Origin: Candidatus Woesearchaeota archaeon
GTDB lineage: Archaea; Nanobdellota; Nanobdellia; Woesearchaeales; SM23-78
Assembly (NCBI GenBank): GCA_016930415.1
Contig: JAFGGS010000022.1
Coordinates: 16,930 to 80,929, forward strand
Direction of reading: 5' to 3'
Length of the DNA stretch: 64,000 nt
This document shows positions 57,231 to 64,000 of this stretch, piece by piece. Position 1 is the first letter of the stretch; each line of letters begins with the position of its first letter. The position numbers and the translations under genes are program-made. The notes beneath the pieces were generated by a model. The model did no database searches and had not been told where the DNA came from. It worked only from the letters and a program-made list of their open reading frames with translations.

Positions 57231-57841
57231 TTATTGAATGAATTGCATTGCTTTCATTTCGTGCTTTTTATTGCTGAGTCCAACCTCTTTAATCCACTTT
57301 CTAAGTTCTTTCTTTCTGTTCATTTGAACCCTGACTTTTCCTTTTCCGATTTGATAGATGCCGAAATTGAATCCCATCTCTTCAAGAATCCTTATGAACT
57401 GTTTTTGCATTGGTGAAGGACCTATTTTCATCTTCAGTCTTGGATACTTTGTGCCATTGTTATTGGTGATAACTAAACAATCATCTGTGTCAAAATATCC
57501 TCTTAAAACCTGCGCTTGATATTTGTTTTCAAAAATCCAGTCTGGGACTTTCGCACGATTCCATTTCGGCGATGGTTTTAGCCCGACTTCATGAGTTATC
57601 TCTCTGATTTTCTCTCTGTTGAAGATATATAGATTGGCAGTATTCTCTTTTCTCCTAGATTCTTTCTTTACTTTTACGCAGAACATTCTTTTCAACGCTT
57701 CTTCTGTTTGGAGAAGTATTATTTGTCATCTTTTGAGTTAAAAGATATCTTGATCCTGGGATTATTTGGATAACTAATGTATCCATCTCCCAACATGATG
57801 CCTATAAATTCTGCGAGTTCCGGAGTTAATTTTGTTTTCAT
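57231..57841 (-). pseudogene. Frameshifted double-motif LAGLIDADG homing endonuclease
   Basis: LAEFIGIMLGDG from ATG 57841, frame break near 57720, second motif VLRGYFDTDD; AT-rich. Confidence 0.8.
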
Positions 57842-57953
57842 CTCGTTCTCCCTGATGAAACAAAACTGGAGACTGAACTGAATTTATAACTTCTGTTGGG
57901 ATTCTATCGTAAGAATTCAAAATCTAATAAATTTTCCGAAAAAAATGAAAGAA

Positions 57954-58086
57954 TAGCGGGGGGTAGATTTGAACTACCGACCTCCGGGTCTCTCAAAGGA
58001 GTCTCGTTCTCATATTTATGAGCCTTCCGCACCAGAAACATTTACTTTTCTGATTCGACGGGCACTCCTAGCTGCCCTACCCCGCT
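57954..58086 (-). tRNA. Initiator tRNA-Met(CAT) with two introns (29/30: 58025-58055; 37/38: 57990-58016)
   Basis: AGCGGGG/CCCCGCT acceptor with A1-U72; three G-C anticodon-stem pairs after splicing; BHB around first intron. Confidence 0.9.
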
Positions 58087-58196
58087 ATATTGTTGCGTTA
58101 TCTGAAGTTATTTAAAAAGCTTCTCCTATTCTGGGGTAAAATAAATCAGATGATGGAGAAAAAAGAAAAAATTTGATACTCTCATCCTCAAGAATC

Positions 58197-59126
58197 CTAA
58201 GCTGCCTTCATCTCGTCTGCGACTTCCTTCTTTATCGAGTCGTAGCAGAGTATGAGTTCGCCCGCGAGGTATTCGACCCGCTGCCTCGAGGCGTCGCCCG
58301 TCCTTGGGCTCTGACAGAGCCTGGTCATCCTGCATGACAGGTCATATGCGCTGGTCTCTGTTCGAAGAGTGCTCCTGAACTGATCTGCTATCCTCTTGCT
58401 CAGGCCCTTGTCCACGTACATGTCTAGGTAGACGTCTAGCTCGTCGCGGTCAAAAGTCTTCTCCTTGCTCTCCTCGATCTTCCGGTCGATGCCTTCGCTC
58501 ATGGACACTATGCCCTCAAGCCTCTGGCGCAGCTTGTTGCCCTCTAGGTGGATAGCCCTTCCGAACGTGTCATCAAGAGCTTCTCCTAGGAACAATGTCC
58601 AGCTCGCGTATTCGCCGTTGTGCCAGCTAAGGCCATACCTTGCGGCGCTGTTTCCAGAGCCGCCGTAGACTCCGAACCTGCCGCTGTCAACCAATAGGTT
58701 CAGGTCGTGGAACACGTTGGTCAATGGGAAGTTGAGGTGTACTTGCTCCGTGTCCCTAAAGTACCTCACTATCGGGCTCGTGCCTGTCACTGACTCGACC
58801 CTCTCTGCAAGGTCTGCCACGTCGATCTCAGCGAACCTGCCTGAGACGACGTTCAAAGGCTTCTTGCCAGCGACCCTAAGGTACATATCGCGTTCAAGGC
58901 TCGCATCGTATATCGCTTGGGCTGCCTTTGCCTTCTCCTGGTCAGTCTTTGGGTCTAGGGACACGCCGCTCTTTCGCAGGAGCTGCCTCGTCAGCTTCGC
59001 AGGCACCCTGAATTTGCTGTATTCGATCCGAAGCTCGTTTCCCCAGTTGTAGATGGTTGGCTTCTCTTGCGGCACAGGTATCATCTGCGCCTCTCTCATT
59101 GGAATCTCATTAATTATCTCGACCAT
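58197..59126 (-). CDS. Hypothetical protein, possibly DUF932-like
   Basis: 309-aa ORF with SD GAGGTGA between two tRNAs; family resemblance weak. Confidence 0.65.
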   Translation of the reverse strand: MVEIINEIPMREAQMIPVPQEKPTIYNWGNELRIEYSKFRVPAKLTRQLLRKSGVSLDPKTDQEKAKAAQAIYDASLERDMYLRVAGKKPLNVVSGRFAEIDVADLAERVESVTGTSPIVRYFRDTEQVHLNFPLTNVFHDLNLLVDSGRFGVYGGSGNSAARYGLSWHNGEYASWTLFLGEALDDTFGRAIHLEGNKLRQRLEGIVSMSEGIDRKIEESKEKTFDRDELDVYLDMYVDKGLSKRIADQFRSTLRTETSAYDLSCRMTRLCQSPRTGDASRQRVEYLAGELILCYDSIKKEVADEMKAA

Positions 59127-59266
59127 CTAGGTCACCTCTCAATCGTTTGTTTTTTCCTATTCAGAGAGGTGTGGTGCGAGAACTATATCAAACTTTGAGG
59201 TGATAAATATCACCACAATCAGCTTTGAGAAGAAAAACTCTTCTTTAAGTCATGAAAAAAGAAAAA

Positions 59267-59350
59267 CGCCACGGGCCGGATTTGAACCAGCGATGGGCTA
59301 GGCCCACAGGATTAGCAATCCTGCGCAATACCGAGCTATGCGACCGTGGC
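59267..59350 (-). tRNA. tRNA-Ser(GCT)
   Basis: GCCACGG/CCGTGGC, CAGGA-TTGCTAA-TCCTG, long variable arm, G discriminator. Confidence 0.95.
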
Positions 59351-59472
59351 ATTCGTCTAGCCGGATTTCTACAAATCCGTAAGCTCACAACTTTGAGAAT
59401 TCTTTTAAATGTTTCGGATTGTATTGCTTTTTTTCTTCCATTCCAAAAACTATTAAAACCTCCTCTCTAAGC

Positions 59473-61497
59473 ATGCTTGTCATGAAGATGGTGAGCCTGT
59501 TTTTCTGCATGCTTCTTAGCTTGCTCGCTCCTGTGGCTGTCTCGGCTGTCGGCAGCGACTTGTTTGACATGCACTCATTGTCCTTGGACCTAGTCGTCTC
59601 GAACGATTTTGACATCCTTCCTAGGGGGACTTCTTATCACGTGCAGAAGCTCACTGCCAAGATGTTCTGGTATCCGCAGGATGATTACAGGCAGGAAGTG
59701 GACTTCATCAACACTGATCCTTTATCTGACTTCGCTGAGGGTGAGGGCTTCACGTTCTCTTGGGCGAATCCTTCAGCCAACAGCTACGTCATAAGGCAGT
59801 CTTCCAGGCTCACGACTAAGAACGAGTTCTTTCCTGTGAAGAGGAAGGTGTCTTTTCCGCTCAAGGACCTTGACCCTGCTTATTCCATATACCTCCAGCC
59901 TAGGGAGATCATAGACCTCAACGACCGCATCCGCTCGATCGCCTCGCGCCTCGCAGAGGGTGAGACTGACGCTTACGTCGTCGTTTTCAAGCTGGCCAAT
60001 TGGGTCGAGGACAACGTGGAGTACGATCTCAACTCCTTGACTGCTGATGCCAGCCAGAAGGCCAGCTGGGTGCTTGAGAACAAGAGGGGTGTGTGCGATG
60101 AGCTGACAAGCCTTTTCATCTCCATGTGCAGGTCTCTTGGAATACCCGCAAGGTTTGTGAGCGGCATCTCTTACTCTAACGTGAATCGCCAGAACGATGG
60201 CTGGGGCCCTCATGGCTGGGCTGAAGTCTACTTCCCTGATATCGGATGGGCTCCTTTCGACGTGACTTATAAGGAGCTTGGCTATGTCGACGCGACTCAC
60301 ATCAAGCTCAAGACGAGCGTGGATGCTAAGGAGAGCAGCGTCGAGTACTCAATCATAGGCCAGAACGTGGATGTTCGGGCTGGCGGCTTAAGGTTTGACG
60401 TGGACGTGCCTGCCAGGAATTACATGGACAATCCGCCTGTAGAGTTATCTGCCACTGTCGCTGAGGACCTTGTGGGTTTTGGCTCTTACAACCTAGTCAC
60501 TCTCAAGGTCAAGAACTCCCGTTCTTACTACGTGACCGACCGCCTCTACTTGTCTAACATCTCAGAGCTCAAGATCCTTGGCGATAACAGGCTTCCTTTC
60601 GTCCTTGCGCCTTACGAGCAGAAGTCGTTCTACTGGATCGTTAAGGTGAATGACGACCTGAATCCTAGTTACTTGTACACCTTCCCGATATCGATTAATG
60701 GTGAGCTCGGCGAGTCCACCCAAGTTAGTTTCAGGGTGAACCAGAGGAGCAGCATATACTCCGAGGCTTTCATGAGGTCCCGCATCCCATCGTCTTTAGA
60801 GTCTTCCAAGCCTTATTCCGAGAGCCTTGACGTATCCTGTTTCTCAGGGAAGTCAGAGGTCTTGCTAAACGAGAACATAGTGGTCACCTGCTCGCTGAGC
60901 AACAAGGGCTCTAAGTCCTTGAGCAACCTGAAGGCTTGCTTTGAGAAGAACTGCACTTACATCGCGCTTCCGGCTGGCGAGAGCAGGGACTTGTCTTACT
61001 CTACTGAGTTCAAGACTTTGGGAGTCAAGACCTTAGTTTTCAGGGCTGACCACCCGCTCGCCTCAAAGACGTCTTACATCGTCATCCCTGTCCAGGACGA
61101 GCCGCTCGTCAACGTCTTCAACCTGACTTATCCTGAAGAGCTCGGTTTCAGCGAGAGCGCCGAGATTAGGTTCATCTTGAAGAGGGACTCCATAAATCCT
61201 CCTAAGAACCTCGTCGTGAAGCTTGATCACGAGCTCATAAAGGAGGATTGGAAGTTCACGGCACTTGAGAACACTTATGAGATTAGATTCCTCTTCAGAG
61301 GTGAGAACCTCGCGCTTGACGATAATGACTTCAAGCTCTCGCTCTTGTACGAAGATGCGAAGGGCAGGGAGTATTCTTCAGATAAGGAGTTCACAGTGAG
61401 GCTTAAGGACCCGTCTTTCTTCCAGCTGATGGCTTTGTGGATAAACTCAGTGGATGTGAAGCTCACGCGTTGGATTGACGAGAACTTCGAGAACTGA
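59473..61497 (+). CDS. Secreted transglutaminase-like domain protein
   Basis: Signal peptide; GVCDE, GIPARFVSG, HGWAEV, FDVT catalytic triad motifs. Confidence 0.88.
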   Translation: MLVMKMVSLFFCMLLSLLAPVAVSAVGSDLFDMHSLSLDLVVSNDFDILPRGTSYHVQKLTAKMFWYPQDDYRQEVDFINTDPLSDFAEGEGFTFSWANPSANSYVIRQSSRLTTKNEFFPVKRKVSFPLKDLDPAYSIYLQPREIIDLNDRIRSIASRLAEGETDAYVVVFKLANWVEDNVEYDLNSLTADASQKASWVLENKRGVCDELTSLFISMCRSLGIPARFVSGISYSNVNRQNDGWGPHGWAEVYFPDIGWAPFDVTYKELGYVDATHIKLKTSVDAKESSVEYSIIGQNVDVRAGGLRFDVDVPARNYMDNPPVELSATVAEDLVGFGSYNLVTLKVKNSRSYYVTDRLYLSNISELKILGDNRLPFVLAPYEQKSFYWIVKVNDDLNPSYLYTFPISINGELGESTQVSFRVNQRSSIYSEAFMRSRIPSSLESSKPYSESLDVSCFSGKSEVLLNENIVVTCSLSNKGSKSLSNLKACFEKNCTYIALPAGESRDLSYSTEFKTLGVKTLVFRADHPLASKTSYIVIPVQDEPLVNVFNLTYPEELGFSESAEIRFILKRDSINPPKNLVVKLDHELIKEDWKFTALENTYEIRFLFRGENLALDDNDFKLSLLYEDAKGREYSSDKEFTVRLKDPSFFQLMALWINSVDVKLTRWIDENFEN

Positions 61498-61593
61498 GCC
61501 GAGAGCCAAGGCTTGCCTTGTGCGCAGTCTTCTTGTCTGTTTAATCTAAACATTTAAAAAGCCCCACTCTCTCCTAGGATTTAGAATTCATCT

Positions 61594-62991
61594 ATGTCTC
61601 AAACCGAAGATGGAAAGCCACTCCCTCTGAGCTTGAGAGTTGTTCCGGATACAAGCGTCATTGTAGAGGGCATTTTGTCAAGGAAGATTGATAGCAAGGA
61701 ATTGGTTCCTGAAGAGGTCATAATCCACGAGGCTGTCATGGCTGAGCTTGAGAGCCAGGCTAACAAGAACAGGGAGACTGGCTACGCCGGCTTGGAAGAA
61801 GTCAAGAGGATTAGGGAGCTTGGCGAGAGTCCGGGCCCAGAGCGGGCTGGCTTCAAGGTGTCGTTCAAGGGCAGCCGGCCGACTGACTTCGAGATAAGAT
61901 ACGCCAAAGCAGGCGAGATTGACTCCCTCATAAGGAAGCTCGCGATTGATGAGAACGCGACCTTGATAACCGCTGACAAGGTGCAGAGCCTGGTCGCTGA
62001 GAGCAAAGGCTTGAGCGTAATCCTCTTCGAGTACGAGCAGGAGGAGAACCCTTTTGTCTTGGAGAAATACTTCTGCGAGGGTGTCCTCTCAGTATTCTTA
62101 AGAGAGGGTTTCCCTGTCAAGATCCTCAAGGGTAAGCCTGGAGATTCCAGGAGGGAGGACGTCTCAGAACCTATCGACAGGGAGTCCATGAAGGCCTTGG
62201 CAAAAGGCATTATCGACGAGGCTAATTCGAGGACTGACTCGGTGGTCGAGATTGATAGGAAGGGATTCGCCCTCGCCCAGTTCAAGGATTTCAGGGTTGT
62301 CATCTCCCGTCCGCCTCTCTCTGACGTTTATGAGATCTCTTGTCATCGCGTCTCCAAAGCATTCTCCTTCCAAGAGTATGGCCTTGTCGAAGAGCAGGTC
62401 AAGCACATCTGCGAAGAGGCTAAGGGAGTTTTGATTGCGGGCGTTCCTGGTTGCGGAAAGACCTCGCTTGTTTCCTCCCTGGTGAATCATCTTCATTCCT
62501 CAGGCAGGCTCGTGAAGACTGCAGAGGCTTCAAGAGACGCTCCGATAGACAAGGGAGTCTCCAGGTACTCTGACTCGCAGTCATCCAATACAGACTTGTT
62601 AGAGCTTTTATTGCAGGGAAGGCCTGATGTTGTGTTGCTGGACGATCTCAAGAGCGGAGAGGACTTCAGGCTTTTCTCAGACTTAAGATTCTCAGGAGTC
62701 CGCGTTCTCGGAGTGCTGGATGCAGGAAGCCTGCAGGACGCCTTGTGGAAAACAGTCTCTAGGCTCGGCGCCGAGAACGCGCTCTCTTGCATTGACACGA
62801 TCGTCTTGATGGATCAGGGAGTACCTTCAATCATAGCCGTTTTGAGATGGACTTGCTGCCAAGACAATAAGCTTGGGGGTGACGGGAGTCCTCCTGGCTC
62901 TGCAATCAAGGTCATTGCAGAGAGTATCCCCTGCAGGAAAAAGTTGCTTGAAGCCTCGTTCGCTTCTGAGAACCTGCTTTTCATGAAATGA
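61594..62991 (+). CDS. PIN + PilT/VirB11-like ATPase (PINA-like), divergent
   Basis: VPDTSV PIN, ELESQAN, GEID, GVPGCGKT, LLDD; no KH tail seen. Confidence 0.8.
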   Translation: MSQTEDGKPLPLSLRVVPDTSVIVEGILSRKIDSKELVPEEVIIHEAVMAELESQANKNRETGYAGLEEVKRIRELGESPGPERAGFKVSFKGSRPTDFEIRYAKAGEIDSLIRKLAIDENATLITADKVQSLVAESKGLSVILFEYEQEENPFVLEKYFCEGVLSVFLREGFPVKILKGKPGDSRREDVSEPIDRESMKALAKGIIDEANSRTDSVVEIDRKGFALAQFKDFRVVISRPPLSDVYEISCHRVSKAFSFQEYGLVEEQVKHICEEAKGVLIAGVPGCGKTSLVSSLVNHLHSSGRLVKTAEASRDAPIDKGVSRYSDSQSSNTDLLELLLQGRPDVVLLDDLKSGEDFRLFSDLRFSGVRVLGVLDAGSLQDALWKTVSRLGAENALSCIDTIVLMDQGVPSIIAVLRWTCCQDNKLGGDGSPPGSAIKVIAESIPCRKKLLEASFASENLLFMK

Positions 62992-63088
62992 TGCCTTGCT
63001 TTTTCTAGAGGGATTCAGAAAGATTTATATACCTTTAATTCTCATTTCTTCTTTAGTTTTTTCGGTGTTAGATATAGGGTGGGTGATT

Positions 63089-64000
63089 TTGAGAAATCAT
63101 GGAGTAGCTGCGAGTGCTAAATCGATATCTTTGACTCTTGCATTCTTGTTTGCGCTCTCGTCAATGTTGATCCTGGTATCTTGCCCGGTCGAGGCTACTG
63201 TCATAGGAGCCAACAAGGGAGTCCTAAACTATGAGAATGTTCTGAAGAACGGCTATTCGCAAGAACTAGTCACCTTGAACACGGATACTGACTTCAACCT
63301 TAGCGTGGACTACCGCCTGGAGGGCGACATCGCTGACTGGGTGAGGATTGAGCCAGTTACCAGGCCTTTCTATATCAGCAGGAATGAGCCGATGACCCTG
63401 ACAGTCATAATCGAGCCTCCTGGTGACGCCCGGATCGACAAGTATGCAGGCTCTATTCGCTTCATAACAGGCGCCCTAGGCGGCCCAGACGCGGCTTTCG
63501 GCACGTCAGTCCGGACTGCGATAAACCTGAAGCTTGGAGTCCAGGTCACTGGTCAAGAAATCGTGTCCTGTAGGCTGCCTGAGGTCTACATGGATGACGT
63601 CGAGGAAGGATATCCGCTTGAGTTCTATGCTGTCTTCTCGAACAGGGGCAACGTGAGGCTCACTCCAGAGTTCATCCTGGAATTCTGGAACCAAGACCAA
63701 ACCAAGATAGTTGAGACCCTGACCTTCACGGCAGACGAGTCAGTCCTGCCGACAGTCCAGAGGCGACTGTTCAAGTCCCTTCCTAATAATCTTTCGATCG
63801 GCCAATACTGGGTACGAATAACCACTCCTGTCTGCGGAGATTCAGGATCAGCCTTCATCACTATGAGCGTGATCGAGCGTGGAGGAGTCAGTGACAAGGG
63901 AGTCTTAGTGGACATCGAGAACCCAACAGATGCTGAAGTCGGGGATATCGTGCCGATCGATGCTGTCTTCACTAACCTCGGCACCAGGATTGTCAGCGCC
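63089..64000 (+). CDS. Secreted hypothetical protein with probable Ig-like domains (3' end outside window)
   Basis: Hand translation: signal peptide, F.N.GN motifs; G-rich RBS; open to window edge; start may be GTG 63083. Confidence 0.75.
   Translation, partial: MRNHGVAASAKSISLTLAFLFALSSMLILVSCPVEATVIGANKGVLNYENVLKNGYSQELVTLNTDTDFNLSVDYRLEGDIADWVRIEPVTRPFYISRNEPMTLTVIIEPPGDARIDKYAGSIRFITGALGGPDAAFGTSVRTAINLKLGVQVTGQEIVSCRLPEVYMDDVEEGYPLEFYAVFSNRGNVRLTPEFILEFWNQDQTKIVETLTFTADESVLPTVQRRLFKSLPNNLSIGQYWVRITTPVCGDSGSAFITMSVIERGGVSDKGVLVDIENPTDAEVGDIVPIDAVFTNLGTRIVSA

Overview
Archaeal chromosome segment, most consistent with a DPANN (Woesearchaeota/Nanoarchaeota-like) genome. Evidence: archaeal-type AlaRS, class I CCA-adding enzyme, rpo7-spt4-rpS24e-rpS27ae cluster, Dph2, SMC, RNase HII, TATA-type promoters with leaderless starts, and BHB-intron tRNAs without encoded CCA. 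Housekeeping genes are mixed with bacterial-type genes (ilvA, rlmN-like, rlmD-like, ppdK, an AT-rich SDR beside tRNA-Thr), orphans and surface proteins. The strongest unexpected signal is a 34-aa leader ORF (42964-43068), missed by the ORF track, directly upstream of threonine dehydratase ilvA. It has 9 Ile codons in a 10-codon stretch and is followed by competing helices, one masking the ilvA Shine-Dalgarno: a candidate ribosome-stalling isoleucine attenuator in an archaeon. Other candidates: a promoter-led structured ncRNA with an anti-SD-like loop (12540-12684), two more structured intergenic elements, a split Dph2, RsbW-like and STAS proteins in a sigma-less organism, a YadA-head adhesin whose head block is flanked by direct repeats, and a two-intron initiator tRNA beside a broken LAGLIDADG gene. 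All calls come from reading motifs by eye; no searches or folding programs were run.
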